64,000 bases of DNA from Pseudonocardia sp. GTDB lineage: Bacteria > Actinomycetota > Actinomycetes > Mycobacteriales > Pseudonocardiaceae. Numbering within the stretch: the stretch's first letter is position 1; every line of letters starts with the position of its first letter. Location: assembly GCF_025965585.1 (NCBI RefSeq), contig NZ_JAOPWR010000177.1, positions 1,588-65,587 on the forward strand, in the 5' to 3' direction. The position numbers and the translations under genes are program-made. The notes below the pieces were generated by a model. The model saw only the letters and a list, made by a program, of their open reading frames with translations. It was not told where the DNA came from and made no database searches. Positions 53,855-63,590 of this stretch are shown one piece after another.

Positions 53855-54201
53855 CGCTGCTGGTCTGCCGGACCTGCCCGCGCTACGACCGCAGAGTCAC
53901 CGGCGAGTTCGGCCGAGCGCTGCGAGCCGCGCTGGAGCGGGAGCCAGGAGCGACGGACGTACAGGTGCGCGGTGTCGCCTGTCTCGGGGGCTGCCCCGAG
54001 GACGGGGTCGTGGCGGTCGACGGCCCGGGCAAGGCCCGCGTCCGCTTCACCCGCGTCACCGAGGCCGACGCCGAGGCGGTTGTCCGGGCGGCGATCGCGC
54101 ACGGGGCCAGCGCCACCGGCGTCCCTGCCGAGTGGGCGGTCCCCTCGGAGCTCGCAGGGCGGATCGGCACCGTCACCGCCGCGCGCGGCCCGGTCGCCTG
54201 A
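53851..54201 (+). CDS. DUF1636-like Cys-rich thioredoxin-fold metal-binding protein
   Basis: VCRTC and CLGGC motifs, GPGK; GTGA overlap with the previous gene. Confidence 0.75.
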   Translation: MTLLVCRTCPRYDRRVTGEFGRALRAALEREPGATDVQVRGVACLGGCPEDGVVAVDGPGKARVRFTRVTEADAEAVVRAAIAHGASATGVPAEWAVPSELAGRIGTVTAARGPVA

Positions 54202-54206
54202 CCACC

Positions 54207-54239
54207 GCCACGGACCCCACCACCGGTGGGGTCCGTGGC
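54207..54239 (+). terminator. GC-rich hairpin after the operon
   Basis: gccacggaccccacc-acc-ggtggggtccgtggc. Confidence 0.7.
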
Positions 54240-54294
54240 CACGGCCCGGGAATTGGCCGTGCCCCTCCCGCGCGGCGGGCTCTACCGTCGGCCC

Positions 54295-55104
54295 ATGCGG
54301 ATCAGGATCATCGACGCCTTCACCGACCGTCCCTTCGCCGGCAATCCCGCCGGGGTCTGTCTGCTCGACGAGTGGCCGTCCGCCGCGTGGATGCAGGACG
54401 TGGCCGCCGAGATGAACCTCGCGGAGACGGCCTTTGCCCACCCGCTGCCCCCAGGGGACGACGCCGACTGGGCGCTGCGCTGGTTCACGCCAGCCGTCGA
54501 GGTGGACCTGTGCGGCCACGCCACCCTCGCCACCACCCACGCTCTGCACGCCGACGGCCTGCTCGACGGGCCGGTCCGGTTCGCCACGCGCTCCGGCGTG
54601 CTGCGCGCCGACGTCGCCGCCGACGGCCGGATCACGCTCGACTTCCCGCTCGCCACCGTCACCGGAGTGCCCGTCCCGGACGGGGTGGCCGAGGCCGTCG
54701 GGCTGCCGGTCGTCGCCGCCCACGAGACCGGGTCACTGGGCGACCTGCTCGTCGAGGTCGCCGACGAGCAGGCCGTGCGCGCGGCCGATCCCGACCTCAC
54801 CGCGCTCTTCCGGCTGCCGTGGCGGGGCCTGATCGTCACCGCGGCCGGGGCGCCGGGTGCCGGCCACGACTACGTCTCGCGCTTCTTCGCACCCGCCGTC
54901 GGCGTCCCGGAGGACCCGGTGACGGGCAGTGCCCACACCGCGCTCGCCCCGTTCTGGTCGGCGCGGCTCGGGCGGCCCGAGCTAGTCGGGCTGCAGGCGT
55001 CGCGGCGCGGCGGGCTCGTCCGCACCACCGTTGCGGGCGACCGTGTGCTGCTGGCCGGCGGTGCCGTCACCGTCGTCGACGGAAACCTGCAGATCAAGCC
55101 CTGA
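54295..55104 (+). CDS. PhzF-family isomerase
   Basis: DAFTDRPFAGNPAGV, EVDLCGHATLA and EDPVTGSAH. Confidence 0.93.
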   Translation: MRIRIIDAFTDRPFAGNPAGVCLLDEWPSAAWMQDVAAEMNLAETAFAHPLPPGDDADWALRWFTPAVEVDLCGHATLATTHALHADGLLDGPVRFATRSGVLRADVAADGRITLDFPLATVTGVPVPDGVAEAVGLPVVAAHETGSLGDLLVEVADEQAVRAADPDLTALFRLPWRGLIVTAAGAPGAGHDYVSRFFAPAVGVPEDPVTGSAHTALAPFWSARLGRPELVGLQASRRGGLVRTTVAGDRVLLAGGAVTVVDGNLQIKP

Positions 55105-55126
55105 CCTTCGCGCTACCGTCCCCGCC

Positions 55127-55513
55127 ATGCTCGACCATCTCTCGATCCAGGTCTCCGACGTCGCCGCGGCCACCGCGTTCTACGTCGACGTGTTCGCGCC
55201 GCTGGGCGTGGGCGAGGCGATGCGGTTCGCCCGTGACGGCGGCCTGGTCGTCGGGCTCTCCGGGCCGGACGGGTTCCCGCACTTCTGGCTCGGCCCGGCC
55301 GGCGTCGCGGCCGGGAGGGAGGTGCACGTCGCGTTCACCGCGCCGTCCCGGACCGCGGTGGACGAGGTGCACGCCCGCGCGACGGCCGCGGGCGCCGAGA
55401 TCCTGCACGCGCCGCGTGTCTGGCCGGAGTACCACCCCGGCTACTACGGCGTCTTCCTGCGCGACCTCGACGGCAACAACGTCGAAGCCGTCCACCACGA
55501 CTTCTCGTCATGA
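55127..55513 (+). CDS. VOC/glyoxalase-family protein
   Basis: LDHLSIQV, HVAFTA and YYGVFLRDLDGNNVEAV. Confidence 0.92.
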   Translation: MLDHLSIQVSDVAAATAFYVDVFAPLGVGEAMRFARDGGLVVGLSGPDGFPHFWLGPAGVAAGREVHVAFTAPSRTAVDEVHARATAAGAEILHAPRVWPEYHPGYYGVFLRDLDGNNVEAVHHDFSS

Positions 55514-55536
55514 TGACGAGTCTCGCCACCTGCCGG

Positions 55537-55700
55537 TCAGGACCGGACGAACCGCTCGACCGCGGCCGGCAGGTGCCGGCCCATGGTGGCGCTGCCGGTG
55601 TCGGCGACGGGACCAGCTCGGCATCGGGCCAGGCGCGAGCGAGCTGCCACGCCGTCGGCGCGGGCCCGTTCGTCGCCCACTCCGCGCGGCATCTGATCGA
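55537..55700 (-). pseudogene. C-terminal remnant of a prolyl aminopeptidase
   Basis: TAWQLARAWPDAELV, then a frameshift to VADTG...AVERF. Confidence 0.5.
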
Positions 55701-55718
55701 GGCGAGCAAGGCCATCGG

Positions 55719-56390
55719 ATGACCGCCGAGCCGGGCTTCGTACGCCGTACCCGGGCGTCCTACGACGCCATCGCACGCGACTACGCCGAGCACTTCCGTG
55801 ACGAGCTCGCGTCCAAGCCTCTGGACCGCGCGCTGCTCGCGACGTTCGCCGAGCTCGTGCAGACGGCCGGTGGCGGGCGAGTCGTCGACATCGGGTGCGG
55901 CACCGGCCGCGTCACGGCCCACCTGCACGACCTCGGGCTCGACGTGGCCGGGATCGACCTCTCCCCGGGCATGGTCGGCGCGGCCCGGCGGCTGCACCCG
56001 CACCTGACGTTCGGCACCGGCTCCATGACCGACCTCGACCTCCCGGACAGGTCCGTCACCGGCCTGCTCGCCTACTACTCGATCATCCACATCCCGGACG
56101 ACCTGCTGCCCCGGGTCCTCGCCGGGTTCGCGCGGGTCCTGGCGCCGGGAGGCCAGGTGCTGCTCGCGTTCCAGACCGGCGACGACCTGCTGCACCTGAC
56201 GGAGGCGCTCGGACACGGGGTCGCCCTCGACTTCCACCGGCACCGCCCGGAACGCGTCGCCGAGCTGCTCGACGAGGCCGGCCTGCGCGTCCACGCGCGG
56301 ACGGTGCGCGAACCCGAGGAAGGTCGGGAGCGTACGGCCCAGGCGTACCTGCTGGCCCGTCGTGACCACCGCCCAGGAGCACCTCGCTGA
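55719..56390 (+). CDS. Class I SAM-dependent methyltransferase
   Basis: VVDIGCGTG, GIDLSPGM and RVLAPGG. Confidence 0.92.
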   Translation: MTAEPGFVRRTRASYDAIARDYAEHFRDELASKPLDRALLATFAELVQTAGGGRVVDIGCGTGRVTAHLHDLGLDVAGIDLSPGMVGAARRLHPHLTFGTGSMTDLDLPDRSVTGLLAYYSIIHIPDDLLPRVLAGFARVLAPGGQVLLAFQTGDDLLHLTEALGHGVALDFHRHRPERVAELLDEAGLRVHARTVREPEEGRERTAQAYLLARRDHRPGAPR

Positions 56391-56791
56391 CCTCGACCGC
56401 GCCGCACCCGGGCTCGTCGTCGGCATGCACGTCGTCGGTTCGGCGGTGCGCCGATGCCGTAGCCGGGGTGTCGGATCTCGACCTCGTCTGCAAGCTGGCA
56501 TCCGCACCCGATCCAGCCGTGCTCGCCGCCGCCCTCCGCAGCAACTTCGACGTCGTCTACGTACTGCGCGGCGAGCTGGAGAAGCCGGTGGCAGAGGCGC
56601 GCAGTGTCGCCCGGGACGTGAGGGGCGTTGCACCCCGAGGAGCCGGCCGATCTGGTCCCGGTGCTCGGGGAACGGGTACGGGCCTACGCGAGGACCGTCC
56701 GCGGTTCGGCTCCGACCCGCCCGTGACCCGCGACCAGCTGGTCGCCTCCTGCCGCGCCAACCTCGGCGACTACCGGCGCCCGTTCGCGTGA
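56362..56791 (+). pseudogene. Frameshifted nucleotidyltransferase (aminoglycoside adenylyltransferase-like) remnant
   Basis: PGLVVGMHVVGSAV in one frame and SDLDLV in another, together forming the GS...DxD motif. Confidence 0.6.
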
Positions 56792-57159
56792 CGGGTGGCG
56801 CTGGCCTGTCAACCGGAGGCTGACCTGCGGCGAAGCCGCGTCCACACCCTCTGCGTCCGCGCATAGTCCGCGCGGCCTGTTCTTGCCCGCCCACACCGGG
56901 CGCTGGTGGTGATCTCCTCGCGGCACTCTCCCGATCTCCGAGCGGTGCCGGGCTCGGGCGGAGCCCGATTCTCCGCTCATGAGGCCTGCGGCCAGAGCAA
57001 CCACTGATTCCGCACGCCTGGAGGGACCACGCATGACGCCACCTGCGCTGTACGCCTAAAGGGTGAAAGAACAGTCTACATGTCATGGCTTCTCGTTGCT
57101 TCTCATGTAGATAGTTCCCCGCGCCTACGTGCCGCAGGACCCTCAACCGGAGGACCCCC

Positions 57160-58224
57160 ATGAGATGGTCGAACGCCGTTGTTCGAGCCAGCGTCGTTGC
57201 GCTGCTCGCCGCTGCCGCTCTCATCCCCGGACTCACCGCCGCATCCGCTGCGCCGGCCGGAGCAACCTGTAGCGACGTCACTCTGCCGGTGTCGATCACC
57301 GCCGGTGGCCCGAAGCAGTACTCGATGTACGGGCGGCTCTGCCAGCCCAGCGGTGGCCCCTCGAAGACCATTCAGATCCTGATCCACGGCTACACCTACG
57401 ACCACGACTACTGGGCCCTGCCCGGGTTCGACGGGAAGTACGACTACACCGCAGTCGCCAACGCGGCCGGGTACACCACCTTCGCGGTCGACCGACTCGG
57501 CTCCGCCGGCAAGAGCTCGCGACCCCCGAGCGCGCTGGTCAACCTCCTGTCCGACGCCGCCTCCATGCACGACGTGGTCACCGCGGCGCGCGACGGCTCC
57601 CTCCCGGGCGGTCCGTACGGGAAGGTCCTCACCGTCGGCCACTCCTACGGCACCGCCGCCGCGTGGCAGGAAGCCGCTCAGTTCAACGACGTCGATGGCA
57701 TCATCGCCTCCGATCTGGGACATCCGCTGGGCAACATCCAGGGTCTCGGGACAAGCACCATTCCGGCTCTGACCGATCCGAGGCTTCAACCGCTTGTCGG
57801 GCTCGACGCCGGCTACACGACCACCACCCCGGGCTCACGAGGACCGCTGTTCTACCGCCTGGAGGACACCGACCCCGCGGTCCTGGCCTACGACGAGCGG
57901 GCCAAGGGCATCGGCACCGCCACGGAGCTGGGCACCATCCCTCTGTACGAGACCGCGACTCTCGGGATCCGCGTCCCGATGTTGTTCGTGATGGGCCAGT
58001 ACGACGGGTTCTTCTGTCGGCAGGCCGGCAAGGGTGCGATCGACGACTGCAGCACCGCCGCGACCCTCGCCGCCGCGGAGAAGCCCTTCTTCCCGCTCGT
58101 TCCTGACTTCCAGGCCTACGTCCTCCCCAACGCCGGCCACGACATCAACAACGAACTCAACGCTCGTGACTGGTTCGCCAAGGCTGCGGACTGGGCCACG
58201 ACGAACTTCCCGCCCCAGGGCTGA
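57160..58224 (+). CDS. Secreted alpha/beta hydrolase
   Basis: GGAGG RBS, signal peptide, IHGYTY, GHSYG, GQYD and AGH. Confidence 0.88.
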   Translation: MRWSNAVVRASVVALLAAAALIPGLTAASAAPAGATCSDVTLPVSITAGGPKQYSMYGRLCQPSGGPSKTIQILIHGYTYDHDYWALPGFDGKYDYTAVANAAGYTTFAVDRLGSAGKSSRPPSALVNLLSDAASMHDVVTAARDGSLPGGPYGKVLTVGHSYGTAAAWQEAAQFNDVDGIIASDLGHPLGNIQGLGTSTIPALTDPRLQPLVGLDAGYTTTTPGSRGPLFYRLEDTDPAVLAYDERAKGIGTATELGTIPLYETATLGIRVPMLFVMGQYDGFFCRQAGKGAIDDCSTAATLAAAEKPFFPLVPDFQAYVLPNAGHDINNELNARDWFAKAADWATTNFPPQG

Positions 58225-58601
58225 CAGGACCCGGTCGACACCGAGCCCGAAGCGCCGTGCACCGCCGCCATCTGGACGGCGGTGTACGGCGTTCTCTCAT
58301 CAGAGCCGTGGGGGGACCGGGGGCGGGCAGGATGCGGTCCCTCAGCGGCGACGCAGGCTCGACACATGATCAGGTTGGCAGAAGCTCGGTGACGGCCGGC
58401 TGTCGCCGACGCCGGACAAGACGGCCGACGAGACCGACGCGTTCCACGGGGCGACTTTTCCTCAGCGGCCCTTCCCCTGCGAACCGGGCGGCGCACCTCC
58501 GCGCACGCCGGCGGCGCCGCGGCGTCGGCTCGCCTGAAAGCGAATCGACCTCGGGCCTCCGCTGACACCCAGCCAGCAGTGCCGACCACCGTGGACCCGC
58601 T

Positions 58602-58736
58602 GGGTCCACGATAAGAAATTCCTGGCCCGGGTCCACGATATGGAATTCCAGCCGGAGATCCACGATGTGGAATTTCCAGCCGGCCAAACCATGCGCAGTT
58701 CGCAATTAATAGCCTGGTTCCACGATGCGGAATTCG
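58602..58736. repeat. Degenerate direct repeats TCCACGATnnG(G/A)AATT, three at 27-bp period plus one
   Basis: Cores at 58605, 58632, 58659 and 58719. Confidence 0.85.
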
Positions 58737-58898
58737 TGGGCTGTGCGCCAGGTCACCAATTGATGCGTTGTCATTCTTTCGGGTGGACGGATACTCTTCC
58801 GCCGTACCACCGCGGCGCAGTCGCCGCAACTCTCCGTAATTCCAGCTTCCCACCCTCCGTCGTCGCAGCTCGACACTGGAGAGGAGCGTGCATTTCAC

Positions 58899-60281
58899 GT
58901 GCAGTTCACCGAACTTTCCGGTTATCACGTCCGTACCGGCGAGTGCACCATATTACGTCCGTTCTTTCGAACGGGTGGCACGAACGTGGTGGCCGACCCA
59001 CGTCCCGCCGCCTACGTCCAGGAGGCGCACCTACGGGTCGCCCGGGCGCGCCGCGAGGCCGGGCGGACCGCCGCGTCCTGGCTCGGCACCGCGTTCGAGC
59101 TGTCCGGGCGCCCCGACTTCGCCGCGCTCGAACGGGCCCTGCTCGGCTGGATCGACCGGCACGAAACGTTGCGCAGCGTCCTGTCCTACACCGAGCACGG
59201 CATCTCGCGCAGCACCCTGTCGCAGGGTGACGTCGGCATCGGCAGGTGGGACCTCGGCCACTTCGGGTCCGCGCATGCACTGGCCGCCCGGCTCGAGAAC
59301 CTCTTCGACAGCGAGACCGACCCGCTCACGTGGCCCTCGTACGTGTTCGCGGCGGTGTCTCACGGGGACTCGTTCACCGTCTACGTGAGCCTCGACCACT
59401 CCAATGTAGACGGATACAGCATCCTGCTGATCGCCCATGAGATCAGCGACCTGTACTGCGCGGAGACATGCGGCAGGCCCGCCGAGCTCGGCGCCGTCGG
59501 AAGCTATGTCGACTTCGCCGGTGCCGAACGGCGTTCCGCCGGGCAGGTGCTCGCCGATCACCAGACGGTTGCCGCGTGGCGGGATTTCTTGCTGTCGCAC
59601 GGGGGTGAGCTGCCGGCGTTCCCGGTGCCGGTCAACCCGGAGCAGACCGCGAGCGTGGCCCAGGACGGCACCTGCCACCTGCTGCTGGACCCCGACGAGA
59701 CGGCCGTTTTCGAGGCCCGGTGCCGGGAGCTTGGCGGCTCGTTCATAGCCGGCAGCCTGGCGTGCCTCGCACTCGCGGGACAGGCCGAAACCTGCTGTGG
59801 CGTGTTCGGCGCGCTGATGTCGATGCACACCCGCAGCGCCGTGGAATGGGCCGAGTCGATGGGCTGGTACGTCGGGCTCGCGCCGCTCGAGGTCACCGTC
59901 CGGCCGGGGGACGCCTTCCCCGACGTGCTCACGGCGGTGACGGCCGCGACCCGGGCGGCGAAGGCCATGGCCGCCATCCCGTTCGAGCGCATCGCCGAAC
60001 TCCTCGGCTGCTGCCTGACGCCCCGCTTCGTGGTGTCCTACATGGACCTTCGTCGTGTGCCGGGCGCGGACCGGTGGGGCGACTGGAAGGCGGCCGCGCT
60101 GCGCTCGCGCAGCCCGCACGCCGACGAGGTCTACCTGTGGTTGATCCGGTCGTCGGAGGGGCTGCGGCTTTCGGCACGATATCCGGGCACCGCTGCCGGA
60201 CGTGCGGTGCTGCCCCGCTACTTCGACCGCGTGGCGCAGGTTCTGCACGAGGTCGTGGCCGTGCCGCAGCTGGCAGTCTGA
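58899..60281 (+). CDS. Stand-alone condensation-fold acyltransferase (PapA-like)
   Basis: YVQEAHL, RHETLRS, DHSNVDGYS (HxxxD), SYVDF, GWYVG and SYMD. Confidence 0.85.
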   Translation: MQFTELSGYHVRTGECTILRPFFRTGGTNVVADPRPAAYVQEAHLRVARARREAGRTAASWLGTAFELSGRPDFAALERALLGWIDRHETLRSVLSYTEHGISRSTLSQGDVGIGRWDLGHFGSAHALAARLENLFDSETDPLTWPSYVFAAVSHGDSFTVYVSLDHSNVDGYSILLIAHEISDLYCAETCGRPAELGAVGSYVDFAGAERRSAGQVLADHQTVAAWRDFLLSHGGELPAFPVPVNPEQTASVAQDGTCHLLLDPDETAVFEARCRELGGSFIAGSLACLALAGQAETCCGVFGALMSMHTRSAVEWAESMGWYVGLAPLEVTVRPGDAFPDVLTAVTAATRAAKAMAAIPFERIAELLGCCLTPRFVVSYMDLRRVPGADRWGDWKAAALRSRSPHADEVYLWLIRSSEGLRLSARYPGTAAGRAVLPRYFDRVAQVLHEVVAVPQLAV

Positions 60282-60296
60282 GGAAGGGACCCACCG

Positions 60297-61694
60297 ATGT
60301 TGATGACCACGATCACTGACTACGCCCCCGAGCCCGGCCGCCTGGTGGAGTTCCGGGCCACCGCCGCGGGCGGCCCGGTGACGCCGGAACCGCTGTCGTA
60401 CCTGCAGGAGAACCACCTGCGGCGATTGCTGGCGAACCAGGAGGCGGGCAGGTCGCAGTCGCCGTGGCTCGCGACGGTGTTCGACCTGCCGGGAAGGTTC
60501 CGGCCGGAGGCGATGGCCGCGGCACTGGAGAAGTGGCTCGACCGTCATCCGACGCTGCTCACCTGGTTCTCCCTCGACGACGACGGGGACCTGCAGCGGC
60601 ACACCGTCGAGCGGGACACCGTGGCGCTGGAGATCGTGCCAGCCGGGGAGGTCGCGGACATTGCGGGATACCTGCACGAGCGGTTCGACGAGGGCACGGA
60701 TCCCTTGCGGTGGCCGCCGTTCGTCGCCGGCGCGATCGTGCGCGAGGACAGCGCGACCGTCTACTACGCGGTGGACCACAGCCACTCCGACGGCTACTCG
60801 GTGATGCTGGTGTTCGTGGAGCTGCGGGCGTTCTACGAAGCGGAACTGGCGGGCACGCTGGCGCGGCTGCCCGAGGTGGGCAGCTATGTCGACGCGTGCG
60901 TGCTGGAACGTGAGCGGGCAGCCGGCCTGACGCTGGATTCGCCCGAGGCGCACGAGTGGCTGGACTTCTGGCTTTCCGGGCCGCCGCCGAGGTTCCCACT
61001 CGAGCTCGGCACCGAGCCGGGTCGGTTCTACCCGACCGCGGCGGTGGACCTCGACGTGTTCGACGCGGCCGAGGCGGAGGCCTTTTCGCACGCGTGCAAG
61101 GCGAACGGCGCGGGCCTCTCCGCGGGGTGGCTCACCGCGCTGGGGATCACGGCGTACGAGCTGGCAGACGTCAAGAACTATCGGGGCCTGGCGGTCGTGC
61201 ACACGCGGGACGAGCCGCGTTGGCAGGCAGCGCAGGGCTGGTTCATCAACCTGGGGCCGGTGGCGTTCCCCTTGGCGGGGCAGGGCGACTTCGGCGAGGT
61301 GGTCGCGCGGGCGCAGGCGGCATTCGAGCAGGCGCAGAGCCTGGCTCAGGTGTCGCTGCTGCGGGTCGCCGAGCTACTCCTGGGCCTGGACCCCCAGGGC
61401 GACGCGGCGGCCGTTCCGCCCATGGCGTCCTATTTGGACATGCGGCACGCGCCCTGCGCGCGCGAGTGGAAGGAGGCGAACGTGGCGCTGCTGGTCGGCC
61501 AGGGCCAGACGGCGGATGTGTCGATGTGGTTGAACCGCCTGGTGGGCCGGACATACCTCAAGGCGCAGTACCCGGACACCGAGGCGGCGCGAGCCGCGGT
61601 GTCCCGCTGCCTGGAACATCTGGTGCGCGTACTGCGGGAGATCGCGCGGACCGGCAGGTACCGGATCAGCCCTCCGGTTCCGGTACCGGTGTGA
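60297..61694 (+). CDS. Stand-alone condensation-fold acyltransferase (PapA-like)
   Basis: SYLQENHL, DHSHSDGYS (HxxxD), SYVD, GWFIN and SYLD. Confidence 0.85.
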   Translation: MLMTTITDYAPEPGRLVEFRATAAGGPVTPEPLSYLQENHLRRLLANQEAGRSQSPWLATVFDLPGRFRPEAMAAALEKWLDRHPTLLTWFSLDDDGDLQRHTVERDTVALEIVPAGEVADIAGYLHERFDEGTDPLRWPPFVAGAIVREDSATVYYAVDHSHSDGYSVMLVFVELRAFYEAELAGTLARLPEVGSYVDACVLERERAAGLTLDSPEAHEWLDFWLSGPPPRFPLELGTEPGRFYPTAAVDLDVFDAAEAEAFSHACKANGAGLSAGWLTALGITAYELADVKNYRGLAVVHTRDEPRWQAAQGWFINLGPVAFPLAGQGDFGEVVARAQAAFEQAQSLAQVSLLRVAELLLGLDPQGDAAAVPPMASYLDMRHAPCAREWKEANVALLVGQGQTADVSMWLNRLVGRTYLKAQYPDTEAARAAVSRCLEHLVRVLREIARTGRYRISPPVPVPV

Positions 61695-61827
61695 TCTGCT
61701 CGACGGCCCGCTGAACCCCGGCGGGCGCTCGGGCCGGCGCGCCGCAGCCATCGTGGAGTAACCAGACCACGGTTGGCCGCGTGGGGCTTGTCATGCTCCT
61801 GCACTCCTCCCCGCCCCCGGCGCGATA

Positions 61828-61995
61828 TCACGAGAATCGGGTCAGAATCGACGTGGCACGAAGCGTCGCCAGTTTTCTGCTCGGCAGACGTTCGAGGTCT
61901 TGAATTCGTGAGATGACCACCTCCGGCGCCGCGAGGCCGAACTCCTCGAGGCCTCGTTGCAGTGCCTCAGCAAGCACTGTTATCGCTTCTCCCGC
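61828..61995 (-). pseudogene. Possible C-terminal remnant of a phenylacetate-CoA ligase-family gene
   Basis: GLAAPEVVISRIQDLERLPSRKL resembles the family C-terminus. Confidence 0.35.
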
Positions 61996-62069
61996 TCGTA
62001 ATACGAATATCAGCACCGCGTGCGGTCGAGACCGTGGCGCCATGTTGCAACATTCAGCGCGACCGGCAC

Positions 62070-63327
62070 GAACGGGACTTCGGCGATATGTGTGGAGGAT
62101 GTTCTCTGGCTCTGCCCGGGCGCTCGAACGTCGACCCACACGGTGCGGTGGACCGTTGCGGGGACCCCTGGCGAGCACCCTTCGAGACGGCCGCGCTCGC
62201 CGACGCCTTCCGGTCGGGTCCGGTCAGCACGGCCCCGAAGGGCGAAGCGTTCATCGTCGCGTCAGGTCGGCCCACGTCGATGCAACGCGAACAGAAGAGG
62301 ATCCGCCGGCTCGACTTCACGATGAGTACGTGGACATGAAGTGGCCACACCTCGTGTCGAACTCGCGGCGAAACACGGCGCGGGCCCTCACCACGGCGAC
62401 GTTCGCACTGATCGTCTCCGATCGCGGACGCCTGACCGACGCCGAGATACGGAAGGCGCTCACCGCCTGGGCGTTCAACGGTGGGGCCCGCAGGAAGGCC
62501 TGCGGTACTCCCTGACGAAGCGTCTCGACGGGACGGCAGCGGCCGCAGGCACCGTCCAGCGCCAACGGGGGTGTGCTGGTCAACCTCGCCGAGTATGCGA
62601 TCGAAGAGCGGATCTTCGAAACCGATCCGCTGAACAGCCCCGCGTGGAAGGTCCCGAAGACGGTCAAGAGCGTCGACAAGCGGGTGGTCGTCAACCCGGA
62701 CCAGGGGCGCGCGCTGCTTCGAGCCGCCACCGCGGAGAAGCCGAGCGGCGCACGCCTGGTCGCGTTCTTCGGTGCCAGGTACTTCGCCGCACTTCGCCCA
62801 GCAGAAGCCGCGTCGCTGCGCCGGTCGAACCTCGACCTGCCTGCGGCGGGCGGATGAGGTGAGCTGCTCATCGAGTTCTCGACGCCCCCCGCGGGAGCGA
62901 CGTGGACAGACACCGGAGTCCGACGGGAGCAGCGGCAACTGAAGCATCACCAAGGGCAAGACGCTCAGTTCCGAGCCCGCCGAGCTGACAACGCTTCTCA
63001 CGGATCATCTCGCCACGTTCGGCACGACGGCCGATGACCTGCTCTTCCGAGGAGCTCGCCAGGACCAACTCGCCGAGAGCACGTACGCCCGGGTCTTGGC
63101 GAAAGGCACGGGTCGCCAGTCCACTCGCCGGACGTCCGTACGACCTCAGGCACGCCGCCGTGTCGACCTGGCTCAACGCCGGCGTGCCCTCCACACAGGT
63201 CGCGGAGTGGGCCGGGCACAGCGTAGGAGTGCCGCACCAGATCTACGCCAAGTGCATCGTCGGCCAGGACTAGGCAGCCAAGAAGCGGATCGCGGACGCG
63301 CTCGGCTCGATCGGTCCGGCCGCCTAG
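62070..63327 (+). pseudogene. Degenerate tyrosine integrase
   Basis: VRWTVAG, FETAALADAFRS, YVDMKWP, YFAALRPAEA and RPYDLRHAAVSTWLNAGV...WAGHS spread over several frames with internal stops. Confidence 0.88.
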
Positions 63328-63520
63328 ATGTACTGACCGGGGACGTTCGTCAATCGCGCGAAGGGCGGCTGGTTGGCGCAGGCGGTGTGCGGCCGATGGC
63401 GGTTGTAGTGATGGAGCCAGGTAGTGAGTGTCCATCCGTCGGCCATGGTGCGGTGGAACCGCTCGATCTTGCCGATGGTCTGCGGACGCGGGGGGTCAGG
63501 GCAGCGTTGACGTGGGACAC
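63324..63520 (-). mobile_element. Internally deleted IS481-family transposase remnant
   Basis: SHVNAALTPR joined to RPQTIGKIERFHRT and HHYNRHRPH...NVPGQYI*; TGT-initiated terminus at 63329. Confidence 0.8.
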
Positions 63521-63590
63521 CGGCAGCCGTCCATCTGAACGACGATGAGTGGTGAGCTGCTGGGCGCGGGGAACGCGGATGGCTGTCACC

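Noticed and set aside
54295-55104. PhzF as evidence of phenazine biosynthesis
   Set aside because: No other phz genes; stand-alone PhzF-like proteins are widespread.
57075-57111. tctacatg-N21-catgtaga inverted repeat upstream of the secreted hydrolase
   Set aside because: Only 8-bp arms and no adjacent regulator; too weak to call.
58370-58705. Minus-strand ORF with repeated FHIVD peptides
   Set aside because: Explained by the DNA repeat; no RBS or typical codon usage seen.
58602-58736. Possible CRISPR array
   Set aside because: The period is only 27 bp, the repeats are degenerate, there are no spacer-length unique segments and no cas genes.
58899-61694. NRPS cluster
   Set aside because: No adenylation or carrier domains; the motifs fit PapA-type acyltransferases.
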